A stretch of 64,000 nucleotides of DNA, taken from positions 25,683-89,682 of the forward strand of contig JBAXTD010000001.1 in assembly GCA_037130335.1 (NCBI GenBank), read 5' to 3'. A model generated the notes under the pieces. It had not been told where the DNA came from. It worked only from the letters and a program-made list of their open reading frames with translations, and searched no databases. Below, piece by piece: positions 44,896 to 54,664 of the stretch; positions within the stretch are counted from its first letter, which is position 1, and each line of letters opens with the position of its first letter. Origin of the DNA: a bacterium (lineage in GTDB: Bacteria > Patescibacteriota > Minisyncoccia > Phycocordibacterales > UBA9973). The position numbers and the translations under genes are program-made.

Positions 44896-46107
44896 TTATT
44901 TTTTCTTTGGCTCCGTCTCCCACAAATCCCAAATGTTTTTTGATAAATCAATTCGTGGTCCTTCGTATGCAAAATAATGTAAATCAATAAATGGCATTGA
45001 GTTGCACTCGATGATGCCCCATGTCTGACCCTCGGGATCTTTGGTTGGGTCAGGGACGATTACATCAAACCCTGCAATTGATACTTCAAACGCAATTCCT
45101 GCTCGCTCAAAAATTTCATGAAATTTAGGATGAATTTCATCAAGCATTTCTTTGGTATATCCACCGAGGAATCGCCCTGTTTTTGCAGTCACATCGAGAA
45201 TTTCACCTTTGGGTATAATACTTTCGAGCGTGTAATTTTTTCTTCCGATAAACGATATGATATCATCATTGACTACGATATCAAATATTTTTTCTGGTTT
45301 GTTTTTGTTTTGTATCTCTATTAACTCAGAGATTGTATGGATTCCGTCGCCAGTAATTTTGGGAGGATCTGTTTTAAAAAATCCAACAAGTTTGTTGTTT
45401 ATAATTGTTGCGCGATACACACTACCAAATAAATGTTTTTCAACCACAAGCGAATGCGCAATCATTTTGCCAAGTTTGTATGCATCCTGAAGTTCTGTGA
45501 TTGTATTGATGTTTGTTGTCGTGTGTCGTGCGCGTGATCCGTGTTGGGGTTTTATAATTACAGGATTTCCTAATTCATTGAATGCTCGTTGTGCTTGTGC
45601 GAATGTCGCAACTTTTTTTGCACGAGGTGAGTTAATGTTGAGTGAATTTAGTTTTTCTGAAAGTAAAAACTTGTCATCAATCCATTCGTATCCTTTTTGG
45701 GGAAGCCATGGGGGAATAGGAATACTTTGGAAATACACCCATCGTCCATTTATTTTTGCTCGATATTGTTCGAGTGGTTTTTTGAACATGATTACTTGTT
45801 GCATCGGTATGTTGCGTCGGATTGCTTCATTCCAAATCATTTCAGAACGTCCAGTAACTACTTTGGTTACATCATCTGAATATGTTGCTAGTCCAAATAG
45901 TTGAAATATTCCCACAAAGCCTTGCATAAAAATATCCGTAATCGGACTTTCAGATGGTATTTTTATCCACCCAAAAAAGAAATCAGCAATTTTTTCAAAA
46001 ATATTTTCTGCGATTGATCCAATATAAAAAAGCCGGTGATTAACTGGCGCTGTTCCGCATGCACTACATGAACTTACTTTTGAAATATGTTTTTGTTCTG
46101 TACTCAT
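44896..46107 (-). CDS. ATP-grasp domain protein (RimK/cyanophycin-synthetase N-terminal-like)
   Basis: VIIKPQHGSRARHTT, FGSVYRATIINNKLVGFF and GIIECNSMP are ATP-grasp motifs. I use the ATG at 46107; a TTG at 46149 would put an 11-bp palindrome inside the coding sequence. Confidence 0.6.
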   Translation of the reverse strand: MSTEQKHISKVSSCSACGTAPVNHRLFYIGSIAENIFEKIADFFFGWIKIPSESPITDIFMQGFVGIFQLFGLATYSDDVTKVVTGRSEMIWNEAIRRNIPMQQVIMFKKPLEQYRAKINGRWVYFQSIPIPPWLPQKGYEWIDDKFLLSEKLNSLNINSPRAKKVATFAQAQRAFNELGNPVIIKPQHGSRARHTTTNINTITELQDAYKLGKMIAHSLVVEKHLFGSVYRATIINNKLVGFFKTDPPKITGDGIHTISELIEIQNKNKPEKIFDIVVNDDIISFIGRKNYTLESIIPKGEILDVTAKTGRFLGGYTKEMLDEIHPKFHEIFERAGIAFEVSIAGFDVIVPDPTKDPEGQTWGIIECNSMPFIDLHYFAYEGPRIDLSKNIWDLWETEPKKK

Positions 46108-46266
46108 ATGAATATGCAAAGAGCTAGCAAGTGCTAGCTCTTTGGTCAAATTAATGATGTCCCAACATGGTCGTGTATAGATTTAGGGTACTAATAATAC
46201 GACAAACCAATTATACTCAGTTTTTTTGGTTTTTAAAAGGTGGTACCTGTGTTAAACTTTTTGTGT

Positions 46267-47322
46267 ATGAAATCCTTTGTTTTTATTACTATTTTTATAT
46301 TGATATTTCCATGTGTGTCGAGAGCACAAACATCAGCATCTCCGCAGGCACTTTTGTATGTCCAAAACTCAACTCGAGCAATCAATTCATTGCGCGAACA
46401 TATTTCTTCTGTCGATATCGTTGCACCACAAACATATGTGACGAACTCAAAAGGGAAATTGATGGGTAAACCAAACAAAGAAATTTTGTCGATTGCACAA
46501 ACTGCCGGCGCGCACATTATGCCGCTTGTTTCAAATCAGGGTTTTAATCAAAAAAAAATTGATGAATTTCTAAAAGACACCAATGCACAAAATGCCTTGC
46601 TCGCATCGCTTGTCACAGAGGCACAAACTCAAAAATATATTGGCTATCAGTATGATTTCGAACACATTGCAGTATCCGATCGAGATGTATATTCAGCATT
46701 CATTGCCAAAAGTGCCACATATTTTCATGGTAATAATTTACAACTTTCTGTGGCAATAGCACCAATTCATTCAGAAAATCCAAATGATTTCGGACCAGGT
46801 TCGTGGCAAAACTGGACAGGCGCATTTGATTACCCAGCAATCGGTGCTTCTGCTGATTTCGTTTCAGTTATGGCGTATGATGACTCCAATTCTGTCGGTC
46901 CCACTGCGTCATTGCCATGGGTGACACAAGTTGCTAATTATACACTTGCGCATATTCCAGCAAATAAAGTTTCATTTGGGATACCGTTTTATGCATGGGT
47001 TCGAAATACTGCAACTGGAAAACGAGTAGAAATTACTGGATATCCAGTGCTCGGTTCTATTATTGATAACGGCACATATATCGACAAAGGGTGGTCAGAC
47101 ACACTTGGTGTGCCGTGGATTACATTTAAAGCAAAAGGAAAACATGGAAAAGTTTTGACCGCATGGTACGAAGACGCTCAAAGTTTTCAGAAAAAAATTA
47201 ATTTAATTAAAACAAACAACATGCGAGGATATTCAGCTTGGGCGATAGGACAAGAAGATCCAAAAATTTGGAACGTTATTGCGCAAACCCGAAGTAGTGA
47301 TGCCCAAGTGGCAGTGAAGTAA
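46267..47322 (+). CDS. Glycoside hydrolase family 18 (chitinase/YaaH-like) secreted protein
   Basis: Signal peptide, then YIGYQYDFEHI (the DxxDxDxE-like catalytic motif) and VMAYDDS. A GTG at 46240 is an alternative start. Confidence 0.65.
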   Translation: MKSFVFITIFILIFPCVSRAQTSASPQALLYVQNSTRAINSLREHISSVDIVAPQTYVTNSKGKLMGKPNKEILSIAQTAGAHIMPLVSNQGFNQKKIDEFLKDTNAQNALLASLVTEAQTQKYIGYQYDFEHIAVSDRDVYSAFIAKSATYFHGNNLQLSVAIAPIHSENPNDFGPGSWQNWTGAFDYPAIGASADFVSVMAYDDSNSVGPTASLPWVTQVANYTLAHIPANKVSFGIPFYAWVRNTATGKRVEITGYPVLGSIIDNGTYIDKGWSDTLGVPWITFKAKGKHGKVLTAWYEDAQSFQKKINLIKTNNMRGYSAWAIGQEDPKIWNVIAQTRSSDAQVAVK

Positions 47323-47367
47323 ATTTTTGTTGATGCGTATTCTTGTAATTAGGTGTAAAATGGGGGA

Positions 47368-48492
47368 ATGGAAATATTTCAAAACTTTTTAGAAGCAATA
47401 AAAGGACTTTTTAAATCTACAAAATCAGATGATGGCTCTGATCGTGTTGTGGGTATCGATATAGGTACATCATCAATTAAGCTTGTTGAAATTCGCAAAG
47501 CCGATGGTAAGGCGTATCTCGAAACATACAGTACGCTCGCGCTTGGTTCATATGCGAGTACGGATGTGGGTGCAGTCACGAATTTGTCCGATGAAATTTT
47601 AACCAAAGCACTTACTGAAGCGGTGACAAATGGTTCAGTTGTGACAAAAAACGCCGCGCTCTCGATTCCGTCATCGGCATCGCTTGTATTTATTGTAGAG
47701 CTTCCAGGAAATGTAGCCGAAAAAGATCTCGATGCGATTGTGCCCGTAGAAGCACGCAAATATATTCCGATTCCAATTACCGAAGTCGCACTCAATTATT
47801 GGGTACTTCCAAATCATGATGCATCGCTTGATACTGGTGTCGAAACAAAACAAGACAAAACCGAAGTGCTCGTCGCAGCGATTCGTAACGAAGCACTTTC
47901 TAAATATCAATCACTCGCCAAAGCCGCTGGTCTCGAAGCTGATGTGTTTGAAATTGAAATCTTTTCAGAAATTCGCGCAGCATTTGGTCACGAACTTTCA
48001 GCCGTGCTTATCGTAGATATGGGTGCATCAAAAACAAAAGTTGCGATTGTGGAGTATGGTGTTGTGCGTAATTTTCATATTATCAATCGCGGAAGTTTTG
48101 ATATTTCAAGTAATATTGCGAAGTCTCTCACGATTACATTTGAACGTGCCGAAGATTTGAAACGAAAAGTTGGAATCATTGGAGAGGGAGCAGATAAGCA
48201 AGCATCAGACATCGCCAAACTTTCTGTTGATTATATTTTGTCTGAAATTGGTAATGTGATTCAGACGTTTGAACGCAAATACAACAAGCCGGTAAGTAAA
48301 ATTATTCTCTCTGGTGCGGGCTCACTTCTCCCAGGATTCCGCGACCTCGCTGCCAAAACATTTCATATTGAAACCATCAGTGCAAATCCATTCGAAAAGG
48401 TGACGGTACCAGACTTTGTCGTCAATGTTCTCGCCGAAACTGGCCCAGAATTTTCTGTCGCTCTCGGTGTCGCACTTCGCAAATTGGGGTAA
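47368..48492 (+). CDS. pilM: Type IV pilus assembly protein PilM
   Basis: Actin-like ATPase fold: VVGIDIGTSSIKLVEI...LIVDMGASKTKVAIVE. Confidence 0.85.
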   Translation: MEIFQNFLEAIKGLFKSTKSDDGSDRVVGIDIGTSSIKLVEIRKADGKAYLETYSTLALGSYASTDVGAVTNLSDEILTKALTEAVTNGSVVTKNAALSIPSSASLVFIVELPGNVAEKDLDAIVPVEARKYIPIPITEVALNYWVLPNHDASLDTGVETKQDKTEVLVAAIRNEALSKYQSLAKAAGLEADVFEIEIFSEIRAAFGHELSAVLIVDMGASKTKVAIVEYGVVRNFHIINRGSFDISSNIAKSLTITFERAEDLKRKVGIIGEGADKQASDIAKLSVDYILSEIGNVIQTFERKYNKPVSKIILSGAGSLLPGFRDLAAKTFHIETISANPFEKVTVPDFVVNVLAETGPEFSVALGVALRKLG

Positions 48493-48589
48493 TATATCCT
48501 TATAAATATAGGTTTTTTGGGTGATTGCCTAGTATTGACTTTTGTGCTTTTTTGTGATATTATATATATGAACCAAAAAACATTGAAAA

Positions 48590-49324
48590 GTGAAAAAAAA
48601 TACAAATTTTACGACTATTACCGTTGCCTCCTATAAGAATATAGTTGAGGCTAAAAACATTTTTGAGGAATTTCGTTTAGCAAAAATTGCGAATGAAAGA
48701 TGGCGAAATTTTAAGGGTTGCGCCTCATCAATAATAATCCTCGTGATTTATTTATTGCTGATGCACTTTGCTGATGTTGTTAATCAAATTACTAATTTAA
48801 GATCAGCATTGGGCTTGTTTGGCTTATTGTTGCAGATTGCAATAATTTCATTAGCCGTGATTATTTTTGTTGCTCCATTCTATGTTGGGGTAATAAATGA
48901 TGTTGTATTTGAAAAAAAATATAATGATAAGGATGTTATTCTAGCACTAAATCGGTGTAAGAAAATGTCTGACGTCGTGTCTCTGTTTGCATTTCTATTT
49001 GAATTTGGAAGTTATCATTTGGATTTTATTGGAAAAGTTGGAAGTTTAACATTTCAATTTTATTTTGACGGTCAAAAAGATAATTTTTGCGACCTTACTC
49101 TGGATTCAGAAGGGCAAATCAGAATCATCGATGTTACAAAAGTATCTAACACTGACACAAAGGAAGAAGTCACATTTGATTTATGGCAAATTTTCTTGAG
49201 TGAACTTGAGGAAAAAACCGGTTATAAACATTTCGAGCTTACTGATGGTAATAAAATCAGAGCTTGGAGTTACAATCCAGCCGATAATGAGGTGAAAGAG
49301 GAACATTTTTTGATTTATGTTTAA
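48590..49324 (+). CDS. Hypothetical membrane protein inserted between pilM and pilN
   Basis: Two TM helices, 244 aa, with its own downstream terminator. Confidence 0.5.
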   Translation: MKKNTNFTTITVASYKNIVEAKNIFEEFRLAKIANERWRNFKGCASSIIILVIYLLLMHFADVVNQITNLRSALGLFGLLLQIAIISLAVIIFVAPFYVGVINDVVFEKKYNDKDVILALNRCKKMSDVVSLFAFLFEFGSYHLDFIGKVGSLTFQFYFDGQKDNFCDLTLDSEGQIRIIDVTKVSNTDTKEEVTFDLWQIFLSELEEKTGYKHFELTDGNKIRAWSYNPADNEVKEEHFLIYV

Positions 49325-49348
49325 TTTTTTTGTGCTAATTATTTAAAA

Positions 49349-49378
49349 GGCTTTGCATTTTGTGCAAAGCCTTTTTTT
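49349..49378 (+). terminator. Intrinsic terminator
   Basis: GGCTTTGCA-TTTTG-TGCAAAGCC followed by TTTTTTT. Confidence 0.7.
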
Positions 49379-49424
49379 GTTGTCTTTTCCTCTATACATT
49401 ACGCGTACTCTGTAATACAATTAT

Positions 49425-50078
49425 ATGGTACGAATTTTGTGTATGGATAAAACTTTTCAAACCTCATTCATTCCCAAAAAACCAACTGTCGAAGCGGCAC
49501 CCGTAGAAAAAAAATTCACGCTCGGCATCTTTGGTTTTATTGGAGTATTACTTTTTGTCATCTCAACTGCGCTTGCAGTCGGGGTTTATTTCTATGAAAA
49601 AAACTTGGTAGTACAACTTGCCGACAAACAAGCTCAATTAAATAATGCTCGTAACGCGATTGAGTTTCCACTTATTGATTCTGCAAAGACGCTTGGTCGT
49701 CGAATTACTGATGCAAATCAAATTCTCTCAAATCATATTATTGTCTCGCCAATTTTTTCTGCATTGCAATTAAACACGCTCAAGAGTATTCAATTCAATC
49801 AATTTACATATGCAACTCCGACCGATCAATCAGGAAAGGTGAGCGTGCAGATGAATGGGGTCGCACGCGACTATACATCGATTGCACTTGAATCTGATCA
49901 ATTAGCAAAAAATAAAGATATTCAGAATCCGATTTTTTCTGGGCTCGCGCTTGATCCACAAACAGGCACGGTGAGCTTTACACTTAATTTCACGGTCAGT
50001 TCAGATTTGGTGAGTTTTGTAAAACATGTTTCTGATTATGTCGTTGCCACATCAACGACGTCAGTAGTATCTCAATAA
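49425..50078 (+). CDS. pilN: PilN-like type IV pilus assembly protein
   Basis: Short cytoplasmic N-terminus, a single TM (LGIFGFIGVLLFVISTALAVGVYF), a coiled-coil, and a periplasmic domain. It lies between pilM and pilO. Confidence 0.65.
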   Translation: MVRILCMDKTFQTSFIPKKPTVEAAPVEKKFTLGIFGFIGVLLFVISTALAVGVYFYEKNLVVQLADKQAQLNNARNAIEFPLIDSAKTLGRRITDANQILSNHIIVSPIFSALQLNTLKSIQFNQFTYATPTDQSGKVSVQMNGVARDYTSIALESDQLAKNKDIQNPIFSGLALDPQTGTVSFTLNFTVSSDLVSFVKHVSDYVVATSTTSVVSQ

Positions 50079-50083
50079 ATAAT

Positions 50084-50635
50084 ATGAAATTACTTTTACC
50101 AATTATTTTAATAGCAATCTCGATTGGAAACTTTCTGTTGTTTGTTCATCCGCACTATCAACAAATCGGAGATTATAAAGCAAAGATTGCTGAGTACGAT
50201 GATGCGCTCAGTAATGAGGCAAAACTCGAACAAGACCGTGATGCACTTTCAAATACGTATCATAGTTTTCCGCTTGATGCAGAAATGCGTTTGGAAAAAA
50301 TGTTGCCAACAAATGCCGATAATATTCGTTTGATTATTGATATCCAAAAAATTGCTGTGGCTAATGGTATGAATGTTGTTTCGACACAGTTTGATTCAAC
50401 CAAAACAACCGGAGTGGTGCAGGTTGCAGGTGCTCGAGGTCCCCAAAAGGATTATGGAATTTTTGATTTGGAGTTTTCGGTCACAGGTACATATCAGAAT
50501 TTTGTAAATTTTTTGAAAGCGATGGAATCAAGTTTGCGTATAAATGATATTCAGTCAATAAATTTTTCATCTGACAAAAAGGATAACTACAGTTTTGATA
50601 TTAAAATAAAAACGTATTGGCTCAAAGCACAATAA
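50084..50635 (+). CDS. pilO: PilO-like type IV pilus assembly protein
   Basis: N-terminal TM followed by a coiled-coil and a PilO-like C-terminal domain. Confidence 0.65.
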   Translation: MKLLLPIILIAISIGNFLLFVHPHYQQIGDYKAKIAEYDDALSNEAKLEQDRDALSNTYHSFPLDAEMRLEKMLPTNADNIRLIIDIQKIAVANGMNVVSTQFDSTKTTGVVQVAGARGPQKDYGIFDLEFSVTGTYQNFVNFLKAMESSLRINDIQSINFSSDKKDNYSFDIKIKTYWLKAQ

Positions 50636-50642
50636 TAATTAT

Positions 50643-51326
50643 ATGGATCCACTCAAAGACACAACAACTAAAAAGGGCATTACAAAAAACATACTTATTA
50701 TTGTGGCAATTGTTGTAGTACTTGGTGTGGCATATGTATTATTTTTTAAAAAAGGTAACACTACACAAAATACCGGAGGACTTTCAACGGCTTCTGATTC
50801 ACCAGTAAATACATCAGGAGGTCCTGTGGTGAGTGATGTGCAGGTTACCAGTCAGCAATTTTTGGCACAATTATTAAATATTGATTCAATCAAAATTGAT
50901 AATGCGATTGTAACTAATCCTGCATTTGTGGTGCTCAAAGATTTGAGTAAACCAATTGATCCAGATAATAATCCCGGACGTATTAATCCATTTGCTCCAC
51001 TCGGTTCTGAGAGTGCGACCGTGTCAACACAAATAAATACCAATGACCCCACACTCAAACTCGCAACATCTGCAGTGCTCAATGGAACACTTCTTGTTTC
51101 TGGTCAGGGAATAACGAGATGGTTTGAATACGGTACTACTGATTCACTTGGTACAAAAACAACTGAAACACCTCAATCAACAACTGGTGTGTTTAGTGAA
51201 AGTATTACAAATTTGATTCCAAATACGACATATTACGTCAAAGCAATCGCATCAATCAATGGTCAAATTATTTCAGGTGCATTTATGTCATGGAAAACAG
51301 GAGCGCTCAAACGATCGGGAAAATAA
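50643..51326 (+). CDS. Hypothetical membrane-anchored Ser/Thr-rich protein in the PilP position
   Basis: N-terminal TM followed by a low-complexity region; 227 aa. It sits between pilO and pilB. Confidence 0.45.
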   Translation: MDPLKDTTTKKGITKNILIIVAIVVVLGVAYVLFFKKGNTTQNTGGLSTASDSPVNTSGGPVVSDVQVTSQQFLAQLLNIDSIKIDNAIVTNPAFVVLKDLSKPIDPDNNPGRINPFAPLGSESATVSTQINTNDPTLKLATSAVLNGTLLVSGQGITRWFEYGTTDSLGTKTTETPQSTTGVFSESITNLIPNTTYYVKAIASINGQIISGAFMSWKTGALKRSGK

Positions 51327-51395
51327 TTTATTTTTAGAAATTATGTTTCAAATACACAATAGGGTATCATTAGGATAGTATTTATTTTTTAACGT

Positions 51396-53141
51396 ATGAC
51401 TTTTACTGAAGAATTAACAAAACGTGGACTCATAACCGAAAAAGGACTCGGAGAGGTTTTGCGTATTGCCGAAGAAAAGTATGGTGGGGTTTTGGAGGGA
51501 GCACTTCTCGAAAAGGGAATTCCTGAAAACGAACTCTTGGAAATTAAAAGTTCGTATTATCATATTCCCAAACGTGTTCCAGATATCAAAACAATCACAT
51601 CCTCGATTCTCAAATACATTCCCGAAGATTCTGCGCAACATTATCACTTTGTGCCACTTGCCGTTGAAAACAATGTGTTGATTGTGGGTATTACAAATCC
51701 AGATGATATTGCTGCGTCAGATGCACTTCAATTTATTGCACAAAAAAACGATATGCCGTTTAAGGTTGTTGTAATTTCTGAACCAGCATTTCAAAAAGTT
51801 CTTGATGTGTATAAAAGTTTTACTGATTCATCTGTCGACACAGCTATGTCTTCTATGGACGATATAGATAATCAAATGAAAGATGTGACCGACATGACTC
51901 TTGTGGATCCAAAAAAAGAACAAAATTCTCTCAAGCCTGGCGAAGAAGAACGTATCGTCGAAGAAGCGCCAATCATAAAAATCGTTGCAGTTATTTTAAA
52001 CAATGCGGTTGAAGGAAATGCATCAGACATTCACATCGAAAACACAGGTGAAAAAGTAAAAGTTCGTTTCCGTGTGGATGGAGTACTTCATACGTCACTT
52101 TTTTTGCCACTTCCAGTTTTTCCTGGAGTTGTTGCGCGTATAAAAATTCTTGCAAAACTTCGTCTCGATGAAAAACGTAAACCACAAGACGGAGGATTTT
52201 CTGCAAAAATTGGTGATCGTAAAATTGATTTCCGTGTGTCTACACTTCCTGCGTATTATGGTGAAAAAGTTGTGCTTCGTATTTTGGATTCTGAACGAGG
52301 TGTCAAAAAAATCGACGAACTTGGATTGTCGGAGTCTCATATCAAAATGATAAAAGAGGCAATCACAAAACCGTACGGACTTATTTTGATTACTGGTCCA
52401 ACTGGTTCCGGAAAATCAACCACACTGTATTCTTTGATTAATGAACTTAATCGTGAAGAAGAAAACGTTGTATCACTCGAAGACCCAGTTGAATATCACA
52501 TACCAGATATGAATCAATCACAAGTGATGCCCGAGATCGGATATACATTTGCAAACGGACTTCGTAGTATTTTGCGTCAGGACCCAGATATTATCATGGT
52601 GGGAGAAATTCGTGATGCTGAAACTGCACAACTTGCGATTCAAGCCGCACTTACTGGACACCTCGTGTTTTCTACACTTCACACAAATAGTGCGACAGGA
52701 GTTATCCCTCGTTTGATAGACATGGGGATTGATCCATATTTGATTGCGCCAACATTAGTTCTTTCGATTGCACAACGTTTGGTTCGCACGACATATGAAA
52801 AAAGTGTACACGAAGTAACAGACCAAGACAGTTTGCATCAAATGGCCGAAAAGCAATTTGCTGATTTGCCAGAAGAATTTAAAGCAAAACTTCCACTTTC
52901 AGGTAAATTTACAGAGGCAATTCCGTCACCAGAGTGTCCGTCGGGAACACGTGGACGAACTGTTGTCATGGAAATGTTTCCTGTGGACAAGGATTTGCAA
53001 GCACTCATCCTCAAAAAGCCAGTTGATACAGAAATTTATGATCTCGTTCGTAAAAAAGGTTTTATAACAATGCGTGAAGATGCAATTATTAAATGTATTG
53101 AGGGTAAAACACCGTTCCAAGAAATTTATAACTTTTTGTAG
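51396..53141 (+). CDS. pilB: Type IV pilus assembly ATPase PilB (GspE family)
   Basis: N-terminal GSPII_E_N domain, Walker A ILITGPTGSGKSTTLYS, Asp and His boxes, and a tetracysteine motif. Confidence 0.9.
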   Translation: MTFTEELTKRGLITEKGLGEVLRIAEEKYGGVLEGALLEKGIPENELLEIKSSYYHIPKRVPDIKTITSSILKYIPEDSAQHYHFVPLAVENNVLIVGITNPDDIAASDALQFIAQKNDMPFKVVVISEPAFQKVLDVYKSFTDSSVDTAMSSMDDIDNQMKDVTDMTLVDPKKEQNSLKPGEEERIVEEAPIIKIVAVILNNAVEGNASDIHIENTGEKVKVRFRVDGVLHTSLFLPLPVFPGVVARIKILAKLRLDEKRKPQDGGFSAKIGDRKIDFRVSTLPAYYGEKVVLRILDSERGVKKIDELGLSESHIKMIKEAITKPYGLILITGPTGSGKSTTLYSLINELNREEENVVSLEDPVEYHIPDMNQSQVMPEIGYTFANGLRSILRQDPDIIMVGEIRDAETAQLAIQAALTGHLVFSTLHTNSATGVIPRLIDMGIDPYLIAPTLVLSIAQRLVRTTYEKSVHEVTDQDSLHQMAEKQFADLPEEFKAKLPLSGKFTEAIPSPECPSGTRGRTVVMEMFPVDKDLQALILKKPVDTEIYDLVRKKGFITMREDAIIKCIEGKTPFQEIYNFL

Positions 53142-53171
53142 TATTTGTTAGTGTGATATAATCAAACCATT

Positions 53172-53555
53172 ATGCAAAACAAAAAAATTCTTATTGTTGA
53201 CGACGACAGCTTTCTGCTCGACATGTATGCACTCAAATTTACACAATCTGGTTTTGATGTGACGACTGGTCTCGGCGCATTGCCTGCACTCGAAAAACTT
53301 CGCGGGGGATATTCACCAGACCTTATTTTGCTCGATATCGTTATGCCAGGAATGGACGGGTTTGAATTTCTCGGAAAGATGAAAGATGAAAAGCTTGCAC
53401 CAACTGCAATAAAAATTATTCTTTCAAACCGAGGTGCCGAAACTGATGTGAAGCGCGGAACTGAACTCGGAGCTTCGGGATATATCGTAAAAGCATCGAC
53501 CACTCCATCTGAAGTTTTGACTCACGTAACTGAAATTTTTTCAAAGCATTTATAA
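53172..53555 (+). CDS. Single-domain response regulator (REC), PilH/CheY-like
   Basis: ILIVDDDSF...DLILLDIVMPGMDGFEF...K. Confidence 0.8.
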   Translation: MQNKKILIVDDDSFLLDMYALKFTQSGFDVTTGLGALPALEKLRGGYSPDLILLDIVMPGMDGFEFLGKMKDEKLAPTAIKIILSNRGAETDVKRGTELGASGYIVKASTTPSEVLTHVTEIFSKHL

Positions 53556-53578
53556 AATAAAATTTAAAATTTTACATA

Positions 53579-54640
53579 ATGAATCCAAACCAGCAATTAA
53601 TTGAATCGTTCGTTGATATTTTGATAAAAGAAAATGGTTCAGACCTGCATCTTTCGGCTGGACGATTTCCTTCAATTCGAGCATCGACAGAATTGATTAC
53701 GTTGGTTAATCAAAAAAAGCTCACTCCAGAGGATATGGTAGGCATACTTTCGTATATTCTCGGAGAACAAAAATTTAAAAAGTTTACAGATGAGCAAGAA
53801 ATTGATTTTGCATATAATTACAAAGACAATATTCGTTTGCGTGGAAATGCATTCTTTCGTCAGGGAAGTATTGGTATTGCATTCCGTTTGATTCCCAAAG
53901 TTCACACAATTGATGAACTTAAATTGCCTGACATTCTCAAAACATTTGCAACCAAAAAACAAGGTTTCTTTTTGGTTGTGGGCCCGGTTGGTCAAGGTAA
54001 ATCTACAACACTTTCGGCGATGCTTGAATTTATAAATTCAGAACGTTCAGAACACATTGTGACAGTTGAGGATCCAGTCGAGTATTTATTTGAAGAAAAG
54101 CATTCAATTATTGATCAGCGTGAAGTTGGTTTTGACACCAAAGATTTTACGACGGCACTTAACGCAATCTTTCGTGAAGATGTGAATGTAATTATGATCG
54201 GTGAAATGCGTGGTGTCGAAACAATTGCCACTGCGGTTACTGCTGCCGAAACTGGACACTTGGTTCTGTCGACGCTACACACTAATTCTGCGGCGCAAAC
54301 AATCGATCGTATTATCGACTCGTTTCCAGGAAATCAACAAGACCAAATTCGTTCACAACTTGCAAACTCATTGCTTGGAATTTTTTCACAACGCTTGATT
54401 CCACGAATTTCTGGTGGGCTTGTGATGGCGTATGAGCTTTTGATAAACAATCCAGCAATCGGCAATTTGATTCGAGAAAAGCGCACTCACGAAATCGATG
54501 TTGTAATCGAAACTGGTACCGAACAGGGAATGGTGGATATGAATCGTTCACTTTTAGAGCTTGTACGCGCTGGTGAAATCACAATGGATAACGCGTATAC
54601 GTATTCGATGAATCCAAAGGCACTCGAGCGCTTAATGTAG
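53579..54640 (+). CDS. pilT: Twitching-motility / pilus-retraction ATPase PilT
   Basis: FFLVVGPVGQGKSTTLSAML Walker A and overall PilT family similarity. Confidence 0.88.
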   Translation: MNPNQQLIESFVDILIKENGSDLHLSAGRFPSIRASTELITLVNQKKLTPEDMVGILSYILGEQKFKKFTDEQEIDFAYNYKDNIRLRGNAFFRQGSIGIAFRLIPKVHTIDELKLPDILKTFATKKQGFFLVVGPVGQGKSTTLSAMLEFINSERSEHIVTVEDPVEYLFEEKHSIIDQREVGFDTKDFTTALNAIFREDVNVIMIGEMRGVETIATAVTAAETGHLVLSTLHTNSAAQTIDRIIDSFPGNQQDQIRSQLANSLLGIFSQRLIPRISGGLVMAYELLINNPAIGNLIREKRTHEIDVVIETGTEQGMVDMNRSLLELVRAGEITMDNAYTYSMNPKALERLM

Positions 54641-54664
54641 TTTTTTTGATTTTTATTTACACAT

